From contig PS015083.1 in the NCBI GenBank assembly GCA_048213135.1, forward strand, positions 89,116 through 136,634: a stretch of DNA of 47,519 nt. Reading direction: 5' to 3'. Shown here one piece after another: positions 22,215 to 33,158 of this stretch (positions are counted from its first letter, which is position 1; each line of letters begins with the position of its first letter). Both the position numbers and the translations under genes were made by a program. A model generated the notes under the pieces. The model made no database searches and was not told the origin of the DNA. It saw only the letters and a list, made by a program, of their open reading frames with translations. Source of the DNA: Reclinomonas americana ATCC 50394 (lineage: Eukaryota).

Positions 22215-24380
22215 ATCGTGTTCATTGCGTTGCATTGCAGGTGCCTGGAACAGGCCACTGCCTTGCTCGGGGCACGCAACTGGAGAAAGGTAATCGTGCA
22301 ACACCACTACGGCGTCGCGTTGCTGGAGGCCGGTCGCCCGACAGAGGCTGTTAGCGTGTTGGAGTCTGTGGTGGCACTGCGCAAGGAGATTCGTCTGCGA
22401 CCAGATTTTGAGCGAAAGCTAAACTCGGTGGCCGAACTCAAGCGCGCACAACGAGCGTTGCTTGTGAACGCGCCGTCTTGTTGCGTTTCGGCCACACACT
22501 TGCCAGGGTGTGAACGACCTCCCGCGCCTAACTCGCCTTTGTTCGCCACATGCAGTGTCCGAAATTCTCACCAAACTGCACGCTGCGGAGTTGGCACCTC
22601 CCGAAGCCGTCTTCTGGCTGCTCACCCTCAGCAACGTGTTCCACGGTACATTTGCCTCCCTTCATCTTTGCATAATCGTCTGCGTGCTCACGTGCCGCCT
22701 CTGTAGATGTGCCAACTGCTCGGCAAGAGTTTGACAACGAGGCGAGTCTGTCGCTTCTCGTTCGTTTCCTGGCTCCATCGTCGCCGTTCGGAGCCGATGT
22801 GGCAGTCAAGTCGGCCGCTGCTGCTGTGGTGTGGACTTTTGTGCATAGCGGTAAGCCGTCGTCGTTGTCGTCATCGCGCTGCGCATGTCACGAAACCTCT
22901 CTGTTTGACACGGATTGGTGGCGTACAGTGAGTCCGGAGTCCTTTGATCGGAAGCACCGACTGGCGGCGCAAGGTGCTCTCAAGCGTCTTCGACCTCTGT
23001 TGCGCATTCCAGAGGCGCAAGCACACGCCGCCTCTGCACTCGCCTCTCTGTGCGACAGTTGCGCAGTTTGTACGGGTGCCCACAGCCTGCGTGCGGGCCT
23101 TGCTGATCCATTCTCCACAGGAATGCTCATCAACACCCAAGTTTTCTGCGAGATGGGTGGTGTTTTCGATCTGATTGACGCACTGTCAGATCGGGCAACC
23201 AATGACATTCGTGAGTGCCTCCCGAGGCTTTCCTTCCACTCTCTCTCCGTTTCGCTGATTCATGTGCGGCAGCAGCAGCGGTGGTGGATGACGAAAGTGT
23301 GGATCCGATCGAGGCGCTCTTCCGGCTGGCATTCACCGTTCTGACGGGCTCCTTGAGCAGCCGATTGGCGGTGTGCGATTTTGTGGAGCACGAGCGCATG
23401 ATGGAAACGATGAATGTGCTGCTGTGCACCCGGTCACTGAGCAGTGGCGCCTACGCGCATGGCATCTCTGTGCTCAATGTGCTACAGACCTACGGTCCGC
23501 TGCACGTGAACAGGTGGTCCGCGCAAGTGGGAGCGACCCTGAAGGCTGTTTTGGTGGCTTCGCCATTACCGGAGGTGCAAAAGCTGGCGACAGCGATCCG
23601 CGACGTTGAACTCAGTTGCGCTTGTGCACGCATACGGGAATGGAGCCTGTTGAGTCAATTTCTCCTTGCTCACGTCTGGTTGCACACGTTGCAGATCGTC
23701 GCGCCACATTCTGGCGCGAGCATGCCTCACGGCATGGCGTGACATTTGATAGCCCCGAAGGGTTGGTCGCCACGCTGCCGGTGAACGGACCGCGGTTGCT
23801 GGTCAGCGAGCAAGTGCTGGAGCTGGGCAGGTAAAATGCGAATTGCGCGCGTGCTATGCATGACGCATGGTCTGACACGTGTGTCGCAGTGGCCAAGTGC
23901 TTCAGTGGACACTTCGTATCGGTCGCGGCAGCAATACAGCGCTCCTCTTTGGCATCTTGCCGGTGGAGCGATGTGAGGACGACAAGTTTCGTCGTGCCAC
24001 CCGCGGTGTTTCCCTTATGTGTTCCTCACGGACTCGTGCGCACTCACAACACAGTTCGATGGATTCACGCGAGGCCATTGCATGCTACAACCAGGGCACT
24101 GGCACCAAGTAAGTCGCACGCCGTCGTTCGTTTATTCTGCCCCTTTGATACAGCTTCCTGAGTAACTGTCTTGTCGCACAGTGTGCAACGCTCTGTACAA
24201 GTGCGTGAGAACGACACACTGAATGTGTGTGCCGACACCTCGCAAAGCACTGTCACCTTCACCGTCAACGGAAGCGTTATGCACACCGTACCCATTCCCA
24301 TTGCGTCGGGCGACTTCAGGCTGGCGGTCACGCTCTGGCGCACGTCCCAGGTTATTCTTGTGAATCCGGGCAGTGAGTAA
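19842..24380 (+). CDS. TPR (kinesin-light-chain-type) repeat protein with a helical/ARM-like middle and SPRY-like C-terminus; some TPR exons lie on inverted contig 20451-21317
   Basis: Repeated LG.xHxdTl.s.h.L motifs (GESHPTTLKAMHDYA, LGKRHEDTIHSLHQLG, LGNDHKGTLLTMH, LGRSHRDTLVTQHSLA, IGPTH..DTLISENVLG). The C-terminus is beta-rich: WTLRIGRG..LLFGI..DTLNVCADTSQSTVTFTVNG..RLAVTL. Confidence 0.8.
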
Positions 24381-24509
24381 AGCAAATGCTACGGACGATG
24401 TGCAGCACGATTGTCGTTCTACATTCTTCGGGGGCAGCCGGTGCACGAACGGCCCGGCAGTAAACAGCGCGCATGGACTCAACAACGGCGGGGGCGACGA
24501 CGGGGCAAG

Positions 24510-24775
24510 CGTGGCATCGGGGGAGGGGCGGGGGAGGTGGAGTTTAAAGGAGGAGTGGAGAGTAGACAGGGGGGTGGAGGTGGGGGCAAGGAGGAGGAAC
24601 AGGGTGGAGGGAAAGAACGGGGCGTTACAGGAATGAGTGGACAGGGTCGAGGGGGGTGAGCGAAATGAAAGACTGAGGGGCATAGGAGGAGTGGACAGCA
24701 AAGGACGGGAAAGAGGGAGGGAGGGGAGGGAGGATGAAAGGAGGGGGGAGGGGGTGGGAGGGAGGGAGAGAAGAA
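24510..24775 (+). other. G/purine-rich low-complexity tract between convergent genes
   Basis: Dense GGG(G) runs and mostly A/G composition, unlike the flanking sequence. Confidence 0.7.
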
Positions 24776-24810
24776 CCGATACACAGGCGGGCGACGCGAG
24801 ATGACACTCG

Positions 24811-27800
24811 TCAGTTGCCTTCGTCCTCGCGAGCATCGTCGTCACGAGACTGCTCACGCTTGCGCCTGAGTGCTTCCCACTTGTCGCGCATGGCGTTGAT
24901 CATGCTGCGGAGCGTGTAGTTCGGGATCAACAGTTGATGCTCCAACTGCACTCGCAGAAGAGATGTGAGTTTCACGCAGACAAGCGCCGAAGGAGAGAGG
25001 TGCACACACCTTGGCATTGGTGATGGGCGACGTATCGTGCTCCTTCAGCCACAGCTCAATGGACACGCGCTCGTACGTTCTGATTGATGCACCCACCACC
25101 ACCAGAATTGTAAGCGTTCCATACATCAACACGCTCAAAGAAGGGGAGAGCGCTCACCGTCCGTCGGCCGCCACCACGGGGTCATGCATGAGCTCGAAGG
25201 ACACCGGATCCAGATAGTCTTCCATAATGTTGAAGTCTACGGCGCTCATAAGTAAACAGTAGGAAGCATCATCAACAGCGACAGACGTTACCGGGATCGT
25301 TCGAAATCTCGTCGTTTTCGCGCTGAATGCGGTTCATCTCGTCGCGCAACTCGTCCATGTTGAGGAAACGGTGACCGCTGTTGTCGACCTCGGGAACGGC
25401 TGATGCGACGAAAGCAGCGTAAGAACACCAGCACGGTATCAAGTGAAGCGAGTAGGCGAGCGAACCGAGGCGCGACGGGTTCGGCACAACCTCGTACACG
25501 ATGGAGAGCAGCAGCTCCCACAGCGTGTCCGGCAAGTTCATGTACGAGTGCGCTTTGTGCACGAACCGCGAGAGCGCACGGATGTTGGTGACGAAGCGAT
25601 CCTTGAGCGCCTTTTCTACCACAGTAATGGAGGGAAACGCGGACAAAAGTGAACAACAGGCACGAAAAAGGAACCGCAGGTGGGCGCGTACGGTAGGTCA
25701 CATATCTGCGAATTTCGGTGGACCAGCCAAACTCGGAGGCTGCATAGCGCACCAGATCCTTGATGCTTGAATCCGCATTCAGGCCACTCGGGTGCGTCGA
25801 GACAGGCGCAGCACTGGAGCCACCGTTTCCTTCACGACCATTCTTGGACGACGATCCCGGTGCCGCAGCCGACGACGACGACGACGACTTGCCCCTGCAG
25901 CCCAACCACGAACATGAGTGCGCACAATGTAGCTGGCGACCAAGGGAAATAGACTCACCGACGCGCAGCATTGGCAGCGGCAGCAGCGGCTGCAGCAGCA
26001 GGATCTTCGCCAGCGCCGGCGGCCGCAGGTCCACTGCCATACGGTGCGACACCCGGCGGCGCGACAACTTGCGGGAACGCCAAGTGTGCTGCATGTCACT
26101 GACCGTGTGAGGGGGCCGCAGCACAGCCACGAACACGCAGAACAAGCAAAAAACAAACCCACAGCTCCCGGCGAGTATGCGCTCTCCGGGAACACGTAGC
26201 GCATCTCGTTCTCCGGCTGCGCGTATTCAATTCATAATGGTGAGAAGCACGCCGCACCAGCATGAAATGTCACACCAACATCACAGTACCGGTGCCTTGG
26301 TGAAGCCACGTCGCTCAAAGTCCGAACGCGACCGAAGTGACGACCAGTACGAGGCGCCCGCGTCTCCATCGACAAGCAGCCACAGATTGTCCTGCGATGC
26401 GCACACCAGTGAACACATGCAACGTGAAAATGGCAGCGCGCGAGGCACACAGAGCGACGCACCTGGCTGACACCAACAACCAGCGCTGCGTTGTTATCAC
26501 ATGGGCGGTGTGAGGGAGTGGAACAGAGAGGAGAACAAGCGAAACCTCGATTGGTTTGTTACCTCGCTTGCCACGGTCCGTCTGCTGCAGCGTTTCGCCA
26601 TGCAAGTAGCCGAACCGCTGGCACGTCTCTCGGCTGATATCTGCGGCAAGACACAGGTTGGGAACCGCTCATGCGTGGACGACTCTCGAGATAGGCAGCA
26701 TGCGAACCGAATTCGATCTCATTGCCACTCCTCGTGTGGAACCGCAGCGTCATTTCAGCCTCCGCCACGGCCCTAAAGCCGCGCGCACGGAATTCGTTCG
26801 CATTGCGACACGAGCCGAAATACGAGGCACCCGCATCGCCGTCAATGTGAAGCCACAGGTGTGACGAGTGGACGCCAATGACAGTGGCCTGCGGTTGGTG
26901 CACAGATTGTGAGAGGTGACAAGCGAGCGCAAATACCATCCGAACGCAAGTGGGCGGACCTCACGGCCGTCGGGTGTGCGAATTCGCTGGCCATGCGTGA
27001 ATCCGTACGGGCGGCACGAATCGTCACTCTTGTCAAAAAGGTGCGTGTTCCCACTGATGGTGCGGTACTCAATCATGTTCGGATTGGCCCTGGCAACTGC
27101 AGCCTGAGCGGCGGCCACCGAGGGCGACGGCGGCGGTGCAAGACTTCCGGCCACGGCTGCGTTGCTGCCCGAGCCACTTGCCGCGCCGCCCTTGTTGACG
27201 CCGGGCTGATTGCGGTCGGCTGGCGACGGCGCCGGTGCCACACCAGCTCCCTCCTGAAAAAACACACGCAGACAAGTCAGGCAGTCAGACTGGTGATGCA
27301 CCACACATTGTGGGAGGTAGGGTGCAGACGAAACGTTCAAAATCGTGAACCCTCGTCGCTCCAGATCCGCCTTGGTCTTGATGGTGCTCCAGTACGACGC
27401 GCCACAATCACCGTCGACGTGGAACCACAGATTGCCGTCGTGGACACTACACGGTATCCGCGACAAAGGTTAGGCGCCGTGGTGCAAGTGAGCAGAGGGG
27501 AGGTAGTACGCACCCAATGGTGGTGGCACGTTTGCCGTCGGCAGTCATCACACGCTGTCCGTGCGACAAACCCCACGGACGGATAATGTCGGGTGTGATG
27601 TCAAACTCGTACGTCTTGCCACTCTTTGTGCTGTACGGCACTCTGGTGCTCTCACCGTCCTGGCACACACACACATCAGCGAGACAACACCGGTGGAGAA
27701 GTAGAGAGAAAGATTGCAGCGCGCACCACGACTTTGACAAAGCCCTTGCGGTCAAAGTCCTCCTTCGTTTTGCATGAGCTCCAGAACGAGGCACCGCTGT

Positions 27801-29053
27801 CACCTACAATTCACGCACACCACCGCTGAATGAGAACTGGTCGTCTTCCCCCTTCGCGCGCGCGCAACAAACAAAGTATACCTTCGACGTGGAACCACAA
27901 GTTGCCCTGCGAAGCGAAAACCAACAACTGAGTGCGAAGCTGCTGCGGAATACAAGTCGAGTGTAACGCACCTCGTACACGCCCACTACAGTGGCAATCT
28001 TTCCGTCACTCGTTTGCTGCAATGAATCTGTGAGATCATCGCGGCGGGAGCACGCAGAGAGGGGGAGAAGAGCAGCAGCACACCCGGATCTTTTCGCCGT
28101 ACAGGTAGCCAAACGGACGGCACTCCTCGGGGCTTATGTTGAACGTGTACTGCTTGCCGCTCTTGGTCACGTAGATCAGATTCTCCTCGTGGCCTTGTTG
28201 CTGTGTGCGTATGAACGCGCGATGGAGAGAGGGAGAATGTGGATTGATGCTGTTAGAAAAATACAAAACAAACCAGACAACTCCTTTCTGACGAGAGAGG
28301 CAGCTGGCACAAGTACGGACACACACGCATACACACGAGTATGATGCGCACATAAAGAAGGGCAAGGGTGCGCGTGCAGGTGCGGGCATGGCCACAATCA
28401 CGCACGCTTTCTTGCACACACTCAGGGGTGATTGGCACCGCTCACACAGCATGGTGTGCCTACTCACACACGTGCGACACACACACTCACTCACCGCCAG
28501 TCGGAAACCCTTCTTCGCAAAGTCGTCAGCACTCTGACATGAGCCCCAGAAGCTGGCACCAAAGTCGCCCTCCACGTGCAGCCACAGGTTGCCCGAGGAC
28601 ACACCGACTACACCACACACACACACACACACGCGTGCGCGCATTCGAGGAGTCAGTGAGAAGGCACACAAACGAGAAAGAGACAGAGAGAGCGTGCGGT
28701 CTCTTCTTCTTATTTTGGTCTCCTTCTCTCTTCCGTTGTCTCACCGACAGTCGCGCGACGGTTGTCGCACGTCAACACAGTCTGCCCGTGTCGAAAGCCA
28801 AACGGCGAACACGCAGCATCTGGTGACAAGCACAATTGTCAGGCACACACAACAACGACTGGACCTGCAAATGAGCTCTCGCGCTCACGTACGCACCTGA
28901 GGTGTCGAACTCGTAGGTTTTGCCTGCGTGTGTGTGGACAGGTGGAGGCGGGTGAGAAAAGGAGAGCGGAGGAGTGGTGTCTTTGAGGAGTGCACACACA
29001 CACACACACAGAATTGAGATCACGCACTCACCGCTCTTTGTGGGGTATAACAT
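24811..29053 (-). CDS. U-box E3 ubiquitin ligase candidate with five N-terminal ~79-aa repeats
   Basis: C-terminal U-box: EDYLDPVSFELMHDPVVAADG|RTYERVSIELWLKEHDTSPITNAK|LEHQLLIPNYTLRSMI. Upstream exons join through GT-AG introns from the ATG at 29053 and contain five YxTxSG..FD..C.pfG..hG....AtvvGV..gnLW.hVdGD.GAS(F/Y)W......df..rGF units. Confidence 0.85.
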
Positions 29054-29194
29054 GGCGCGGCCACACACGCCGCCGTGTCAAGTGAAAGCACTGCACGCGC
29101 GACGAGAGGCGAGCGAAACGAAGGTGTGCGTGTGACGAACACGTGCGCGGACAAGGGACCTCGCAAAACGGATTTGCACACTGCGGCGACTTCA

Positions 29195-32153
29195 CTAAAC
29201 TTCGTCGACAAGCTCAGCCGCTTCCTCGGCAATTGGCGGTGGTGGTCTTCTGGACCCGTACGCATTAGGTCGCTGCGTCATTGGTTGTTGCTGACCTGGT
29301 CTCAGTCCCGGCTGTTGCTGCGCCTGCGATCGGTGCTGTTGTCTCTGTCGCCTTGGTGACGGCACCGGTGGCATGTACGGCTTCATGGCCAAGAAGAGTT
29401 CGCGGAGCACGCGGTCCATGGCCCGGTAGACACGATCAGAGTATCGAATGATACGTCTGCGCCGTCGCTGAGCCTCCTCGGGTGTCTCTGCAATACGTGC
29501 TAGAAATGAGAGACGAACGAGCAAGCAGGGAAGCGGGCGAATCAGCTGGCTCACCTTCACCAGTCGAAGGCGCATCGTCGGTCGGCAGCGCCGAGTCCAA
29601 AGTAGCTGGCGGAACCTGTGCCTCGGTCGGAGCTGGAGCTGTCGATGCTCCAGCTGGAGCTGACGATGTTTCAGCAGGGGCTGGTGGCGTTCCGGCTGCA
29701 GCAGGTGGAGTCTCGGCTGGTGGCGTTGCAGCCGGGGCCTCACCACCAGCCGGTTTGTCACCACCAGCGGCCGGAGCCTCGCCACCAGCTGGCTTGTCAC
29801 CACCAGCGGCTGGAGCCTCACCACCAGCTGGCTTGTCACCACCAGCGGCTGGAGCCTCACCACCAGCTGGTTTGTCACCACCAGCGGCCGGAGCCTCACC
29901 ACCAGCTGGCTTGTCACCACCAGCGGCTGGAGTCTCACCACCAGCTGGCTTGTCACCACCAGCGGCCGGGGCTTCACCACCAGCTGGCTTGTCACCACCA
30001 GCGGCTGGAGTCTCACCACCAGCTGGCTTGTCACCACCAGCGGCCGGGGCTTCACCACCAGCTGGCTTGTCACCACCAGCGGCTGGAGTCTCACCACCAG
30101 CTGGTTTGTCACCACCAGCAGCCGGAGCCTCGCCACCAGCTGGTTTGTCACCACCAGCAGCCGGAGCCTCGCCACCAGCTGGCTTGTCACCACCAGCGGC
30201 TGGAGCCTCACCACCAGCTGGCTTGTCACCACCAGCGGCCGGAGCCTCGCCACCAGCAGGTTTGTCGCCACCAGCGGCCGGAGCCTCACCACCAGCCGGT
30301 TTGTCACCACCAGCAGCTGGAGCGGCAGCGGCACCATCACCAGCCGGCTTGTCACCACCCGCAGCTGGGGCCGCAGCAGCACCATCACCACCTGCGGGGG
30401 CGCCAGCAGCTGGTGCGGCAGCAGCACCATCACCACCTGCGGGGGCGCCAGCACCCGGGGCAGCAGCAGCACCATCACCACCTGCAGCTGGGGCGGCAGC
30501 TGGAGCGGCCGCAGCACCATCACCACCGGCAGCTGGTGCAGCAGGAGGAGCGGCAGCAGCACCGTCACCACCGGCAGCAGGAGCGGGACCGGCAGCAGCA
30601 GGGGCGGCCGCAGCACCATCACCGCCGGCAGCTGGGGCGGCAGCAGCAGGAGCAGCAGCAGCACCATCACCACCGGCAGCCGGGGCGGCAGCAGCAGGAG
30701 CGGCAGCAGCAGCACCGTCACCACCGGCAGCAGGAGCGGGACCGGCAGCAGCAGGGGCGGCCGCAGCACCATCACCACCTGCAGCAGGAGCGGGAGCGGC
30801 AGCAGCGGGAGCGGCAGCAGCACCGTCACCGCCTGCAGCTGGGGCGGCAGCTGGAGCGGCTGCGGCACCGTCACCGCCTGCAGCTGGGGCAGCAGCAGGA
30901 GCGGCAGCAGCACCATCACCACCTGCAGCAGGAGCGGCAGCAGGAGCGGCAGCAGCACCATCACCGCCTGCAGCTGGGGCGGCAGCAGCAGGAGCAGCAG
31001 CAGCACCATCACCACCGGCAGCGGGAGCGGGGCGGCAGCAGCTGGAGTGGCCGCAGCAGCACCGTCACCGCCTGCAGCTGGGGCGGCAGCAGCAGGAGCG
31101 GCCGCAGCAGCACCATCACCACCGGCAGCAGGAGCGGGAGCGGCAGCAGCTGGAGTGGCCGCAGCAGCACCATCACCGCCTGCAGCTGGGGCGGCAGCAG
31201 CTGGAGCGGCCGCAGCAGCACCATCACCACCGGCAGCGGGAGCAGGAGCGGCGGGAGCGGCAGGGGCAGCAGGTGCAGCAGGAACGGCACCTGCCTTCTT
31301 CGACCGCTTCTGCGGTGCCGACGAAAAGAAAAAAACCGAGAATGAGCTCGAAAGCAACACAGAACAAGTACTGAGCAAGCACAGACCGAGCGACGGCGAC
31401 GGCGCCTCTCACCACCTCGTCTTCGCCGCCTGCGCTTGCGCGGTTTCACCTCCGGATCATCGTTTCGTTTCACCTCATCGTCGCGGCGGCGAGGCACATC
31501 GTCACCGGTGACTTCTGCGACAGGCTTCTCATCCGTCTCCTTGACAGTGTCCTCCTCGCGGCGTCGCGTGGTCTCCACAGTGTCTGCATCCTTTGGTGCA
31601 GACGTCGACGCAGCCGGCACGTCACGATCCTCCACCGGCACCGACCTGCGACGACGATGTTTCCTCCGCCGGCTGCTCTTCTTCCTTCTGCGGACAGCCG
31701 GTGCCTCATCACCGTCCAGACTTCTGGCGTGCTCAGTAATGTCGCGCCACCACATGCGCCGACCCGAGTCAGGCGGCACAGGCTCACTCGCCCACGACTT
31801 GCGACGTTGCGCATCATTCACACGACACACCTCGCCTTTGAATGCCGGCCACACTCCACGATGCTGTGTGTGTGCGCGCGTGCGCGCATGAGAACAACAC
31901 TCGCCACCCTGGGCACATACTGACACACACTCACTGTCATCGGCAGTGGACCAAGATCGGCATCTGCACACACACACACACACAAGAGGCAACGAAGTCA
32001 GCACCAAGGACTGGAAAACCACGCAATGTGCGACGACTGACCATAGTACTCAGCCAGCAACTCATCCAACTCGTCCTCTCTGCTCGACTCGGCCACCGAC
32101 ACAAAGAAGAACACCAGTAACAACACCAACAAGCACACCACCGACAGCCTCAT
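29195..32153 (-). CDS. Secreted Ala/Gly/Pro-rich repeat protein (apparent 1-nt frameshift near 31031)
   Basis: Signal peptide MRLSVVCLLVLLLVFFFVSVAES, Arg-rich clusters, (PAAGGDGAAAA..)n and (PAAGGDKPAGGEA)15 arrays, and a last exon ETPEEAQRRRRRIIRYSDRVYRAMDRVLRELFLAM..*. Confidence 0.75.
29734..30318 (-). repeat. Coding minisatellite, 15 x 39 bp (PAAGGDKPAGGE[A/T])
   Basis: 15 units counted; differences between units are mostly at third codon positions of the minus-strand frame. Confidence 0.92.
30319..31280 (-). repeat. Coding tandem repeat of variable-length units (PAAGGDGAAAAPAAA)
   Basis: Recurrent gcaccatcacc(a/g)cc(t/g)gcagc core spaced roughly 40-60 bp apart. Confidence 0.88.
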
Positions 32154-32206
32154 TCGCAGGATATCAATTGTCCTCGTCCGCGCGAGCAGCGAGATATTTG
32201 CGACGA
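32154..32206. promoter_or_regulatory. Putative 53-bp bidirectional promoter with an inverted motif
   Basis: GATATCCTGCGA (minus, 32165-32154) lies directly before one ATG and GATATTTGCGA (plus, 32193-32203) lies 3 nt before the other. Confidence 0.45.
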
Positions 32207-33073
32207 ATGTCACGCAGAGGGCGGCCTTTGTTGTTGCTGCTCCTGCTGCTTGCGCTCTCATGCGCAGCAGTGGTAGCACTAGAAGACGATCAGCAAGCTG
32301 TACTCGATGGTCACGTTCCTCGGTCACCGTCAATGTGTTTTTCTTGCGTTTTTTTATTGACTTTGTGTTTTATTGAGCAGTTGCCGCTGCACCGCTGGCG
32401 GGTGAGAGGGATTATGCGGTGGCGATGAAGCGGTTGAAAGAGTCATATGCGCGGGATGAGTTTGAGGCGATGGAATTGCTGTTGAGCGAGACCGAGTTCA
32501 ACTTTGGTGGCGGCGATGAGGCGGAGGAGATGTTGGTGGAGGTGGAGAACGAGGAGGATGATTTGCTGCAGGCGATTGAGGAGGAGCTCAACTCGCTGGA
32601 TATGACCGAGGTGAGTGTGTGCGCCGTGCGCGCGCTGCGATGACACGATCAGCTCACGAAGGAGAGTGGCGCAGATCTGGGGCCGCAACAATAACAACCA
32701 GCAGCAGAACAACCAGCAGCGTGGTGGTCCACAGGGGCAGCAGCGTGGGCGCGGTCCACCCGGTCAGCAGGGTCAGCAGGGTCGGTTGACGCAGCAGCAG
32801 CTGCTGGATATCATGAACAAGGTGCTGCCGACGCTGCACAAGGAGCTGGGCACGCTGTACCAGATGGCGCCGCAGAGCAATGGCATGCTGCATTCGCTGT
32901 ACCGTGAGCTGGACATCATGTATGGCACGAATGGGGCCGGCATGAATGCACTGGGAGCGCAGGGACAACAGCAGCAGCAGCAACAACGCGGTGGCCGGCA
33001 ACAACGAGGCGGAGGGCCGCAGCAGCAACAACAAGGCCGCTTCTTTGGAAACCAGCAAGGTGGTCGTCCTTGA
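32207..33073 (+). CDS. Secreted protein with an acidic pro-like region and Gln/Gly/Arg-rich C-terminal part (3 exons)
   Basis: MSRRGRPLLLLLLLLALSCAAVVA signal peptide; E/D-rich exon 2; exon 3 IWGRNNNNQQQ..LLDIMNKVLPTLHKELGTLYQMAP..LHSLYRELDIMYG..GGRP*. Confidence 0.75.
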
Positions 33074-33158
33074 GTCGGGCACTGCATGCGCATGAAAGAG
33101 AAGGCGTTGTTGTATTCTCTCTGGTTCACACAGCGCACTATACTTCTTCGTCTTCCTC

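Noticed and set aside
26225-26300. Apparent GC-AG intron in the U-box gene (and a similar case at about 34794 in TrmH)
   Set aside because: In-phase GT donors exist a few codons downstream, so non-canonical splicing is not needed.
29734-30318. CRISPR-like periodic array
   Set aside because: The units are contiguous with no unique spacers, they lie in a coding exon, and there are no cas genes in this eukaryotic context.
29482-31374. Long plus-strand ORFs (630 aa and 575 aa) and the L/V-rich part of the 727 aa minus ORF
   Set aside because: These are shadow frames of a stop-free GC-rich repeat. The signal peptide, splice sites and third-position variation support the minus-strand A/G/P frame.
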